Positions 39,543 through 48,810 of a DNA stretch of 64,000 nucleotides are shown here, piece after piece. This DNA comes from Candidatus Multivoradales bacterium (GTDB lineage: Bacteria > Acidobacteriota > Thermoanaerobaculia > Multivoradales > JAHEKO01), in contig CBDCXM010000009.1 in the NCBI GenBank assembly GCA_965223855.1, positions 1,664,001-1,728,000 on the forward strand, in the 5' to 3' direction. Below the pieces are notes generated by a model that was not told the origin of the DNA, searched no databases, and worked only from the letters and a program-made list of their open reading frames with translations. Every line of letters begins with the position of its first letter. Within the stretch, counting starts at the first letter, position 1. The position numbers and the translations under genes were made by a program.

Positions 39543-39672
39543 CGGTTCAGATCTCCGTTGAGGCGAAAATAAGGCGCAACTCATCTTGTCATCGCTCACC
39601 GGGTTTCGCCAGCCCCTGGAAGGTGGGTACGCAGCGGCTCCGGGAGAGTTTCCGCTTGACCGTCTGTGCAGA

Positions 39673-39696
39673 ATATGTGACCATTGAGTCACATAT
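39673..39696. promoter_or_regulatory. Perfect inverted repeat, probable ArsR operator
   Basis: ATATGTGAC-cattga-GTCACATAT in the divergent gap between the RND operon and an ArsR gene; TTGACC at 39656-39661. Confidence 0.7.
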
Positions 39697-39802
39697 AGGG
39701 CAAGGTGACAGGCAGGACGACAACGCAGGACGACAGAGCAGGACCGCAGCGCCGCCGCAGGCAGCAGACCGATGAAGCCGGATGACGAGCAGAGCCGCCA
39801 GG

Positions 39803-40141
39803 ATGAGTAAGGCCGACGACAGGGACGACCTGTTGTGGCGGGCGCTTGCCGATCCGACCCGTCGGCGCCTGCTCGACCTGCTGCGGGAGGGGTCGCGAAC
39901 GATGGGTGAGCTGGCGAGTCACTTCGAGGTCACCCGCTTCGCAGTTCGCAAGCACCTGCTCGTGCTCGAGTCGGCAGGCCTCGTCGTCATCACACAACGC
40001 GGCCGGGAGCGGGTGCACACCCTCAACCCGGTACCGATTCAACAGATCTATCGACGATGGATCCGCCCGTTCGAGGCGGTGCCGGCAGACCGCCTGCTGC
40101 GGCTGCGCGACCTCGTCGAACCACAGGGAGAGACAGCATGA
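39803..40141 (+). CDS. ArsR family transcriptional regulator
   Basis: ALADPTRRRLLDLL, TRFAVRKHLLVLESAGLV..RGRER. Confidence 0.9.
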   Translation: MSKADDRDDLLWRALADPTRRRLLDLLREGSRTMGELASHFEVTRFAVRKHLLVLESAGLVVITQRGRERVHTLNPVPIQQIYRRWIRPFEAVPADRLLRLRDLVEPQGETA

Positions 40142-40624
40142 CCGACACCTTCGATGCCAGGGGCACCACCTACGTTCTGGAACTCGAGATCGAGAGCGAG
40201 CCGCGAGGCGGTATGGGACGCGCTCACCTCGAAGATCGGCGACTGGTGGCCGCAGGAGTTCTTCGCCGGCGGCGAGGCCGGGAGCCGCAGCTTCGCCCTC
40301 GACGCGACGCCCGGCGGGCATATGACGGAGCGCTGGGACGGGGGCGGCGGCCTCCTGTGGGGTACGGTCGTGACCGTGAGGCCCGGCCGCCAGCTGCAGC
40401 TGACGGCAGTCTCTTTTCCCGAGTGGGGTGGGCCGGCGACGACGCTCCTGTCCTACGACCTCGAGGACGCAGGCGAAGGGACGTCGCTGCGCTTCGCCGA
40501 GTCGACCCTCGGCCGGGTGAGCGACGACACCCAGAGCGAGAAGGACAAGGGTTGGCGCTTCCTCTACGACGGCGTGATGCGCGCCTTCGTCGAAGGCGGC
40601 GTGCCGCCGGCCTGGGAGGGCTGA
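40138..40624 (+). pseudogene. SRPBCC domain protein, frameshifted near 40195 (probably sequence error)
   Basis: ATGA-coupled start MTDTFDARGTTYVLELEIE joins ASREAVWDALTSKIGDWW if one base is removed. Confidence 0.82.
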
Positions 40625-40768
40625 TCTTTCGCGGCTGCGGTAGCTCCACTCGGCTCCCGCTCGTGGTCCGGGGGCCGGGTGCGAAGGCGCCTGCTGAATG
40701 GAGTCAGCGTGTAGGCTTGGCGCTCCGGTCGGCACTGCGGCCGCCGGGGCGACGAGGGAGGCGCGACC

Positions 40769-42046
40769 GTGGCGGAGGCCGGCAAGGAGGGTAGGCGCAA
40801 GGCGGCGATGGCGTTCATCCTCGTCACCCTCTTCCTCGACATTCTGGGCATTGGCCTCATCATCCCGGTGCTGCCGGCACTGGTGCGCGAGTTCGTCGGC
40901 GGCAACAGCTCGGACGCGGGGCTCTACTACGGCATCATCGGCGCCTCCTACGCGCTGATGCAGTTCCTCTGCGCCCCAGTCCTGGGAGCGCTCTCCGATC
41001 GCTTCGGGCGGCGGCCGATCCTGCTGGTGGCGCTCTTCGGGCTCGGCGTCGACTACCTGATTCAGGGCTTCGCTCCGTCGATCGGCTGGCTCTTCGTCGG
41101 GCGGATCTTCGCCGGCATCATGGGGGCGAGCTACACCACCGCCAACGCCTACGTCGCCGACGTCTCCACGCCGGAGAACCGTGCGCGCAACTACGGTCTG
41201 ATGGGCGTGATGTTCGGGGTCGGCTTCATCTTCGGCCCGGCCCTCGGCGGGGTGCTCGGCGGCATCCATCTGCGATTGCCGTTCTTCGTCGCCGCCGGCC
41301 TGGCGCTCGTCAACTGGCTTTACGGGTTCTTCATCCTCCCCGAGTCGCTGCCGGCGGAGAAACGCGGATCGTTCTCGTGGGGCAAGGCGAATCCGTGGGC
41401 AAGCATCCGCAACCTCGGCCGCTACCCGCTGGTCGCGGGGCTCGCGGTCGCCTTCGTCTTCATCGCCCTCGCGCAGCGGGGACTCGAGAACGTCTGGGTG
41501 CTCTACACGAGCTATCGCTACGGCTGGGGCGAGACCGCGAACGGACTCACCCTGGCGCTGGTCGGCTTGACGGTGGCGTTCGTGCAGGGGGTGCTCGTGC
41601 GCCCGTTCACGGCCAGGTTCGGCGAGCGCCGGACGGTGCTGATCGGCCTCACCGTCGGCATCCTCTCGTTCCTCGGCTACGGCTTCGCCTCCGAGGGGTG
41701 GATGCTCCTGACGGTGATCGTCATCGGCTCGATCGGCGGCGTCGCCGGCCCCTCGATCCAGTCGCTCGTCGCCGGTTCCGTGGAGCCTTCGGAGCAGGGG
41801 AAGGTGCAGGGCGCTCTGACCTCGCTCTTCAGCCTGACGGCGATCTTCGCACCGCTGATCTTCACTTCGGGGCTCTTCAGCTACTTCACGTCGCGGGCTG
41901 CGCCGATCGAACTGCCGGGCGCTCCCTTCTTCCTCGGCGCCGTGCTCTTTTTGCTCTCGCTCCTCGTGACGCGGCGGGTCTTCAGGCGCCTGCCGCCGAG
42001 GGAGGAGCGCGAAGCCAATCTCGAGGCGGCAGCGGGCGGGCGCTGA
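40769..42046 (+). CDS. MFS transporter, TCR/Tet (DHA1) family
   Basis: LDILGIGLIIPVLP, GALSDRFGRRP motif A, GFIFGPALGG motif C. Confidence 0.93.
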   Translation: MAEAGKEGRRKAAMAFILVTLFLDILGIGLIIPVLPALVREFVGGNSSDAGLYYGIIGASYALMQFLCAPVLGALSDRFGRRPILLVALFGLGVDYLIQGFAPSIGWLFVGRIFAGIMGASYTTANAYVADVSTPENRARNYGLMGVMFGVGFIFGPALGGVLGGIHLRLPFFVAAGLALVNWLYGFFILPESLPAEKRGSFSWGKANPWASIRNLGRYPLVAGLAVAFVFIALAQRGLENVWVLYTSYRYGWGETANGLTLALVGLTVAFVQGVLVRPFTARFGERRTVLIGLTVGILSFLGYGFASEGWMLLTVIVIGSIGGVAGPSIQSLVAGSVEPSEQGKVQGALTSLFSLTAIFAPLIFTSGLFSYFTSRAAPIELPGAPFFLGAVLFLLSLLVTRRVFRRLPPREEREANLEAAAGGR

Positions 42047-42074
42047 ACGGAAGGCTCGCCTAGCGCGGACCGGA

Positions 42075-42354
42075 GTTCCGGTGACAGGATACCCCCGGCG
42101 GAGTTCCGGCGGAGTTCCGGTGACAGGATACCCATCTACGTCCGCCTTGAGGGAGTTCCGGTGACAGGATACCCATCTACTTCCGCCTTAGTTTCGGTAG
42201 TTTCGGTGACAGGATACTCATCTCTGTCGTCTCAGCGGAGACCGGCGGATCATGTCTGTAGTTTCGGTGACAGGATACTCATCACTGTCGTCTCAGCGGA
42301 GACCGGCGGATCATGTCTGCCAAGCTCCGCAGATAAGTATCCTGTCACCGAAAC
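42075..42354. repeat. Cluster of 18-bp repeats (5 direct + 1 inverted), REP-like
   Basis: GTTYCGGTGACAGGATAC at 42075, 42114, 42155, 42200 and 42261, and inverted at 42337-42354, between convergent genes. Confidence 0.9.
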
Positions 42355-42362
42355 TCCGAAAC

Positions 42363-45149
42363 TCAGCCGGTGTTCCGCAGGCCCTGGGCGACGCCGTTGA
42401 GCGTCGTTCCGAGCGCCGCCTGGAGCGCTTCCTCGAGTTCGCCGTGCTGCTGCTCCCCGAGCAGCCTCACCTGCAGCAGCGACAGCGCGTCGACGTAGCC
42501 GTTGCGCAGGCCGATGCTGGTCTGGAGCACCGGCGTCTCCTCGAGCAGGTACGCGGTGTCGCGGATCCGGCGAACCGCCGCCACCGTACGCTCGAACTCG
42601 CGCTCTAGCTCGTCGAGCAGCTCGAGATCACCACCGAGCTGCGACACGTAGAGTCGCGCCACCTCGAGATCGGCCTTGGCGCAGACCATCTCGATCTTGC
42701 CGATCAGGTCGTCGAAGAACGGCCAGTTGCAGGCCATCGACCGGAGGAGCGCTTCGCCGCCGTCTTCCGCCAGCAGCCGGGTCAGCGCGGTTCCGGCGCC
42801 GAGCCAGGCGGGCAGCATGAGGCGGATCTGGGTCCAGCCGAACGACCAGGGGATGGCGCGGATGCCCGCCATCGTGCCGGCACCCTTCTCGCGGTAGGCG
42901 GGGCGCGAGCCGAAATGCACCCTGGCGAGCTCGCGCACCGGCGTGCAGTCGAGGAACATCCGGAAGAGCGCGTCTGCCTCGTGAACGTAGCCGCGGTAGA
43001 ACGGCGCCGCCTCGGCGGCGAGCTTCTCCATGGCATCGGCGAAGGCGCGCCGCGGCGCGTCGCCGACTTCGTCGCGCCAGTCGCGAAAGGTCGCCATCAG
43101 GGCGCCCGACGTCAGCACCTCGAGACTGCGCTCGGCGATCTCGGGGAGGCCGTACTTGAGCGAGATCACCTCCCCCTGCTCGGTCACCTTGAGGGTGCCG
43201 TCGACGGAGTCGGGCGGCAGCGCCCTGAGCGCCCGATAGACCGGCGAACCGCCACCGCGGCCGACGGTGCCGCCGGAGCCATGGAAGATCCGCAGACCGA
43301 CGCCGCGCTCTTTAGCGAGAACCGCCAGCGCGTCCTGCGCCTTGTAGAGCGCCCATGCGGCGGACAGGACGCCGGCGTCTTTGGCCGAGTCCGAGTAGCC
43401 GATCATCACTTCCTGGCGTTCGCCGCGTGCCTCGAGCTGCCGGCGATAGACGGGGGTGTCGAAGAGCCGCCGCATGATCCCGGGCGCCGCCAGCAGGTCG
43501 CGCTCGGTCTCGAACAGCGGCGCGACGTCGAGGCTCGACCTCGGTGAGTCGCCGGCGAGATCGACCAGGCCTGCGTGACGGGCCAGCAGCAGCACCTGCA
43601 GCACGTCGGCCGGCGCCTGCGCCATCGAGATGACGTAGGTCGAGGCCGCGGCCTCACCCGCCTCGCGCTGTACCCGGCCCAGGGCGGCAAAGGTGTCGAC
43701 GACCTCGGCTGCGTCCCCGGAGAGGGGCGCGGTGGCCTCGGGGGTCTTGCCGTCGGCGAGACGCATGGCCAGGGCGGCGTCGTCGATCGCCTCCTCCGGC
43801 GTCGTCAGCTCGCCGACCGCCAGCCGGTGCCGGGCGGCGTCGTCCCGGATGTCGAGACACAAGCCGTGGAAACCGAAGCTCCGTACCCGGCGCAGGAGCG
43901 GCCCAAGCAGGTGGCGGCGGGCGCTGTGCGCACCGGCCGAAGAGAGAGCCTCGTCCACGGTCTCGAGGTCGGAGAGGAGCTGTCGAGCGTCCGTGTAGCC
44001 GGCGTCGCCTGTGTCTTCGAGCCCGGCATCGCGAGCGGCGACAGCCTCGCGGGTCGCGCGCACACGGCCGGCGATCAGGGTGAGGGCAAGGCGCACCGGT
44101 TCGTCGGCGTCGCGGCGACGATTGGCCGCGTGGAGATCGGGGAGGAGCGCCGCGAAGCGCTCCACCAGCTCCCCGAGCGCGGGCGGCGGCGGGGCGAGCC
44201 GCGCCGAGAGACTGATCTGCCGAGTGAGGGTGTCGAGCTCGACCGCGTATCTGCCGAGGACGCAGTGCGAGGCGCGGCGGGCGGCGGCGAGGGTGCTCTC
44301 CGGCGTGACGAACGGGTTGCCGTCGCGATCGCCGGCGACCCACGAACCGACCGCGAGCGTCGGCGTGGCCGGCGGCGCCTCGCCGAGCAGTTCCTCGGCC
44401 GCTGATGCGAGCCGCCGCTCGACGACCTCGACGGCGTCGAGAAAGCGATCCTCGAGGTACCACAGGACCGTGCTGACCTCGTCCGCTACCTGAGGGCGAT
44501 CCCGCCTCACCTCGGAGGTCAGCCACAGCAGCTCGACTTCGGTCGTCAGACGCGCCTCGGCGGCGTGGCGACGGCGGGCATCGGAGCGGTCGAGCAGCGC
44601 CGCGGCGACCCGCGCCTGGAGCGCCAGCACCGTGCGCCGCGTCGACTCGGTCGGATGGGCCGTCAGCACCGGCCTGACGTCGAGACGCTCGAGCGCTGCG
44701 GCGATCTCCTCCCGGTCGAAACCGGCGTCGAGCAGCTCCCGCAACGTCCAGCGTGCCGAAGCGGGCTGGTCCGGAGTCTCCTCGCGATCCTGATAGTGAT
44801 GCCGACGCCGCACCCGGTGAGCCTGCTCGGCGGTGTTGATCAGCAGGAAGAAGAGGGTGAACGCCCGTGCGACCACCGGGACGAGGGGCGTCTCCATCGT
44901 TCGCACCTTCCCGAGGAGCTCTTCGAGGCTCGCGGCGTTCTCCTTGCCGCGCCGCCGCGCGCGACAGGCGACCCGCAGCGTTTCGACCGCCTCGAATGCG
45001 TCGTCGCCCTCCAGCCGGCGGACGACGTCGCCCAGCGCCGCCGCCAGGAACCGGACGTCGTCGTGGAGCGGGCGATCGACCTCGCGGAAGCTGTCCGGAG
45101 GGGGGAGGAGCGCTCCGGCTCCCCCCTCAGGCCCGGAGAGCCCGGTCAC
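42363..45149 (-). CDS. ppc: Phosphoenolpyruvate carboxylase
   Basis: VLTAHPTE, GDRDGNP, PLFET, QEVMIGYSDSAKDAG, GRGG, TEQGE, RAIPW, RNTG C-terminus. Confidence 0.97.
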   Translation of the reverse strand: MTGLSGPEGGAGALLPPPDSFREVDRPLHDDVRFLAAALGDVVRRLEGDDAFEAVETLRVACRARRRGKENAASLEELLGKVRTMETPLVPVVARAFTLFFLLINTAEQAHRVRRRHHYQDREETPDQPASARWTLRELLDAGFDREEIAAALERLDVRPVLTAHPTESTRRTVLALQARVAAALLDRSDARRRHAAEARLTTEVELLWLTSEVRRDRPQVADEVSTVLWYLEDRFLDAVEVVERRLASAAEELLGEAPPATPTLAVGSWVAGDRDGNPFVTPESTLAAARRASHCVLGRYAVELDTLTRQISLSARLAPPPPALGELVERFAALLPDLHAANRRRDADEPVRLALTLIAGRVRATREAVAARDAGLEDTGDAGYTDARQLLSDLETVDEALSSAGAHSARRHLLGPLLRRVRSFGFHGLCLDIRDDAARHRLAVGELTTPEEAIDDAALAMRLADGKTPEATAPLSGDAAEVVDTFAALGRVQREAGEAAASTYVISMAQAPADVLQVLLLARHAGLVDLAGDSPRSSLDVAPLFETERDLLAAPGIMRRLFDTPVYRRQLEARGERQEVMIGYSDSAKDAGVLSAAWALYKAQDALAVLAKERGVGLRIFHGSGGTVGRGGGSPVYRALRALPPDSVDGTLKVTEQGEVISLKYGLPEIAERSLEVLTSGALMATFRDWRDEVGDAPRRAFADAMEKLAAEAAPFYRGYVHEADALFRMFLDCTPVRELARVHFGSRPAYREKGAGTMAGIRAIPWSFGWTQIRLMLPAWLGAGTALTRLLAEDGGEALLRSMACNWPFFDDLIGKIEMVCAKADLEVARLYVSQLGGDLELLDELEREFERTVAAVRRIRDTAYLLEETPVLQTSIGLRNGYVDALSLLQVRLLGEQQHGELEEALQAALGTTLNGVAQGLRNTG

Positions 45150-46116
45150 GGGGCGAGGATCCGGCGCAGCGCCGCCATGCCGAGGTTGCCACCGCACAGG
45201 ACGACGCCGACTTTCCGGCCCTCGAACTCTCGCTCGCGCTGGAGGAGCGCCGCGACGGCGACGGCGGCGGACCCCTCGATCATCATCGAATGGCGCTGCA
45301 GGAAGTCGGCGAGCGTCGCCCGGATCTCGCCTTCTCGTCGACCGTGTAGCGGCGATCGATCAGCTCCCGGCACAGCGGGAAGGTGATCGAGCCCTCCTCG
45401 ACGCCGCCGGCCGTGCCGTCGGAGAGGGTCTCGCTCGAGGGCAGGTCGAGGATCTCCCCGGCGTGGAGCGATTCGATCATCACCGCGGAGGCGGCCGGCG
45501 ACGCCGCCACCACTTCGATCCCGGGACGGCGACTCTTGAGGATCGCGGCGGCGCCGGAGAGCAGTCCACCGCCACCGAGGGCGACGAAGACGGCATCGAG
45601 CCCCGACACTTGCTCCTCCAGCTCGAGGCCGACGGTGCCCTGGCCGGCGATCACGGAGGGGTCGTTGTACGGGGAGATGTAGATCCGGCCCGATTCCTCG
45701 CCGAAGGCACGGGCGGCTCGCTCGGCGACCACCGCGTCGTCGCCGTGGGCTCGAACCTCGACGCCTGCCGCCTCGAGCCTCGCGACTTTGTCCTCGTTGG
45801 CGTTGACCGGCACGTAGACGATCGCCGGCGCGTCGACCACACCCGCGGCATGGGCGACGGCGAGGCCGTGATTGCCCGTTGAAGCGGCGACAAAACCGGC
45901 TGCGCGCTCCTCCGGCGCGGCTTCGAGCACGCGATGCAGGGCGCCGCGCACCTTGAAGGAGCCGGTGACCTGGAAGTTCTCGAGCTTGAGCCAGACGTCG
46001 GCACCGGTCGTCTCACTCAGCCACGGTGAGCGCTGAACCGGTGTGCGGCGCGCGTAGCGGGCGATCCTCTGGTGGGCCAGAGGGACGGCCGCGGCGACGG
46101 CATCGGCGTCGATCAT
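45146..46116 (-). pseudogene. Threonine/serine dehydratase, frameshifted near 45333 (probably sequence error)
   Basis: KLENFQVTGSFKVRGA, ASTGNHG, GGGGL; the C-terminal IEGSAAVA and LCGGN motifs are in another frame (45146..45373). Confidence 0.85.
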
Positions 46117-46553
46117 GCCGGTTCCACCGTGGCACTGCCGGAGTCGAGAGGAGTCGCGTCGGCACCGAAGAGGCGCTTCGTCCGGCGACGGGTGAGCAGC
46201 CAGAGCACGCATCCTCCGACGAGGGTGCCGAGGGGGAAGATCACCAGCAGCCAGCGGTTGGTGACGACGCAGTAGCGGTGACGCCGCAACTCGACGAGGT
46301 AGCGCCCCGTGCGCCACAACCGGACGGTCAGCCAGCCGAAGAAGAGGGCGAGCGGAACGCCCACGAGCGCCGTGATGCAGCTGGCGATCTGTGCGGAGAC
46401 GTCGAGCGGCTCGCCCGGCAGGGTCAGCGCGAGCACCGGGACGAGGCTGATCGCCGCCGCCATCGCCGCCATCGCGGCGAACCCGGCATAGGTCAGCCGC
46501 ACCGACCACGCCAGCGGGCCGAAGGCGGACGCCTCTCTCTGTGTTTCGGGCAT
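46113..46553 (-). CDS. Hypothetical membrane protein
   Basis: Three to four TM segments, FPLGTLVG motif; stop overlaps the next ATG (ATGA). Confidence 0.7.
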   Translation of the reverse strand: MPETQREASAFGPLAWSVRLTYAGFAAMAAMAAAISLVPVLALTLPGEPLDVSAQIASCITALVGVPLALFFGWLTVRLWRTGRYLVELRRHRYCVVTNRWLLVIFPLGTLVGGCVLWLLTRRRTKRLFGADATPLDSGSATVEPA

Positions 46554-46626
46554 CGATGCAGGTCTGACTTCCGGTGATTGCCTGCCTGGAGGATAGCAAG
46601 GAGCCCCCCTGCTACAGTGCGCCGCC

Positions 46627-47814
46627 ATGCACGGCTCGCCCGGGTCGAACGACGGCGTGATCGACAGCTCGACCGACGGCCAGGTGCTCGCCCGGGCCTG
46701 GCAGCAGTGGTGCCGCGGGCCGTGGTGGCTGCACGTCGTCGCCGTCGCCTCCCTGGCCGCTCTGGCGGCGCTGCGCAGCTGGCCTGTCGTCGCGAACCTC
46801 TCCGAGCCGCTGGGAGACGAGGTCTGTTACCTGCGCGCCTTCGAGAGCGTGCTCGCCGGCGAGTCGCCGTTCGAGCAGCCGTGCTACGTGTACCCGTCCG
46901 TGGTCGCCCTGACGGGCGGCCTCGGCTTCGAACTCCTCGGCAGGGATGCCACGGTGGCGCTGATGCGCGCTCTCAACCACGTCGGCCTCGGATTCGCCGC
47001 GTGGATGGCGGTCGGCTGGCTGCCGGCCTCGTGGATTCGCCGCGCCGCCGGCGCCGCCGCCTTCGTGGCTCTCGCACCTCAGGCGGTCTACTCGGTGCGC
47101 TTCGGCAACCTGTCGATGCTGGCGGTCGGCCTGATCCTGCTGGCGCTGGCCTGTGGGTCACGGCGGCCGCTCACCGGAGGGGGGCTGCTCGGTGCGAGCA
47201 TCGCCGTCAAGCCGCTGGCACCGATGGTGGCGTTGGGGTGGCTCCTGGCGGGCCCGACCCGAGCGTTGCGCCTCGCCGGGGGCGTCGCGCTCGGAGCGGC
47301 GGCGCTGCTGGTGCTGGCGTTCCCCCATCTCGACGACCTGCTGGCGCTCCATCGCACCGACAAGGTGGTGCGCACGGTGACCTTCCATCGCTTCCCGCCG
47401 CTGCTCGGCCTCGAGACGAGTGCGCTGTGGATCTCGTTGCCGCTCGCGCTCGGGTTCCTCTGGTGGTTGGTCAGAAGCGAGCCGGGACCGGGACAGCGAC
47501 TGGCGCTGCTGACCGTCGCCTGCCTGGCGGTGACCCCGGTGGTGTGGAGTCACACCCTGGTGCTGGCGTTGCCGCTCGAAGTGATGGTCGGCACCGTCGC
47601 GTGGCGTCGCTGGTCGCGACGCAGGGCTGCCGTCGCCGGCGCCTGGATCGAGCCGGCGTTCGTGGCCGTGGCCGTGGTGGCGATCCAGTTCGCCGCCGGA
47701 GCCGGAGGAGTCGACGATCGGGCTGTGGCGCTGCAACTCGTGGCAGGGGCGGTCCCGGGCTTGGCGCCGATCTTCCTCGTCGCCTACCTGTTGCGCGCGA
47801 CGGATCGGTTCTGA
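46627..47814 (+). CDS. GT-C fold membrane glycosyltransferase (family 87/DUF2029-like)
   Basis: D..CY..A...G.SP...YVYP loop, FGNLS, IAVKP, PVVWSH; multiple TM segments. Confidence 0.75.
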   Translation: MHGSPGSNDGVIDSSTDGQVLARAWQQWCRGPWWLHVVAVASLAALAALRSWPVVANLSEPLGDEVCYLRAFESVLAGESPFEQPCYVYPSVVALTGGLGFELLGRDATVALMRALNHVGLGFAAWMAVGWLPASWIRRAAGAAAFVALAPQAVYSVRFGNLSMLAVGLILLALACGSRRPLTGGGLLGASIAVKPLAPMVALGWLLAGPTRALRLAGGVALGAAALLVLAFPHLDDLLALHRTDKVVRTVTFHRFPPLLGLETSALWISLPLALGFLWWLVRSEPGPGQRLALLTVACLAVTPVVWSHTLVLALPLEVMVGTVAWRRWSRRRAAVAGAWIEPAFVAVAVVAIQFAAGAGGVDDRAVALQLVAGAVPGLAPIFLVAYLLRATDRF

Positions 47815-47929
47815 GGGTCGGGTTTCGGGGTCCGGAACGGGCTCGGCGCGGGTCCGGAATGCGGCCAGAGCCCTATGCTAAGGTCCACCGGATCGAGTCG
47901 TGCCAATCGAGGGGCGAGGAGGAGGTTTC

Positions 47930-48775
47930 ATGGCGAAGAAGAAGACGTTCCGGATCAAGGATCTGATGGTCACCGTGCTGCCGAAGCACGTCAGGGTCGC
48001 CCAGTGGCACTGTCTCCACGCGACGGTCTGCCGCCTCCCGAGTCGCGACGCGGACTTCGACGACTACGACGCCCAGGACTGTGGCCCGCCGGGCACCGCG
48101 ATCACCAGCCCCGGGGGTCACTGCCGGGAGGGGGTGAACACCCTCTTCCCATGTGATCCGGGCGAGGCAACGGTGACGGTCTGGTGCAACGACATTACCG
48201 ACTGCGACGGCGCCAACCTCTCCTACGACGTGGACTGCAAGGAGGGCGAGACTTCGATCGATCCCTGCGACGCGAGAGTCGCGCCGACCAATTGCCAGGG
48301 CGTGGTCGCCTCCGACGATGCCTGTGACCAGGGCCAGGGCAGTGACTGTTTCTGGGGAGTCGCGTCGGACTGTGAGGGCGATGGCGGCAGCGAGTGCCCG
48401 GCGCTGGCGGGTTCCGAGTGCGACGACGAGCCCGGTGCCGACGGTTCCCAGTGCCCCGCGCTCGAGGGGTCGCAGTGCGACGACGGCGGAGAGGGTGCGG
48501 CCTCCGGGTGCACCCAGCTCGACGGCTCGGCCGGCGAGATCTGCGGCATCACCGAGCCGTCGGCCTGTGGCGGCGAGAGCGCGATCGGCCTCAACTTTTC
48601 GCGTGTGAACGGCCTCGACGCACTGAAACGCGAACTACGTCAGGCGCTCAAGCAGGTCGAGTCGTTCGAGAAGGCGAAGTATCTCGAGGTGGCGGGACGC
48701 ACGCCGCTCGACGAGGAGGAGCGCCAGCGCCTCGCCCGCAGGGTCACGGAGAACTTCACCGGCGACGATCGGTGA
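47930..48775 (+). CDS. Putative giant lanthipeptide-type RiPP precursor (281 aa, 20 Cys)
   Basis: Strong SD AGGAGGAGG; basic N-terminus MAKKKTFRIKDLMVTVLP; acidic Cys/Ser/Thr-periodic core (C28-S217); Cys-free helical tail; directly upstream of lyase-like and kinase-LanC genes. Confidence 0.8.
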   Translation: MAKKKTFRIKDLMVTVLPKHVRVAQWHCLHATVCRLPSRDADFDDYDAQDCGPPGTAITSPGGHCREGVNTLFPCDPGEATVTVWCNDITDCDGANLSYDVDCKEGETSIDPCDARVAPTNCQGVVASDDACDQGQGSDCFWGVASDCEGDGGSECPALAGSECDDEPGADGSQCPALEGSQCDDGGEGAASGCTQLDGSAGEICGITEPSACGGESAIGLNFSRVNGLDALKRELRQALKQVESFEKAKYLEVAGRTPLDEEERQRLARRVTENFTGDDR

Positions 48776-48810
48776 GGGCGCCGTCAGGAGCCTGAGCCGG
48801 CGATCCTCGG

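Noticed and set aside
42075-42354. CRISPR array
   Set aside because: Repeat is only 18 bp, spacers are unequal and duplicated, one copy is inverted, and there are no cas genes in the window.
47930-48775. Metallothionein, ferredoxin or radical-SAM RiPP substrate as explanation of the Cys-rich ORF
   Set aside because: No CC, CxC or CxxC clusters, no adjacent radical SAM gene, and the Cys:Ser/Thr register plus LanC neighbour fit lanthionine chemistry better (not formally excluded).
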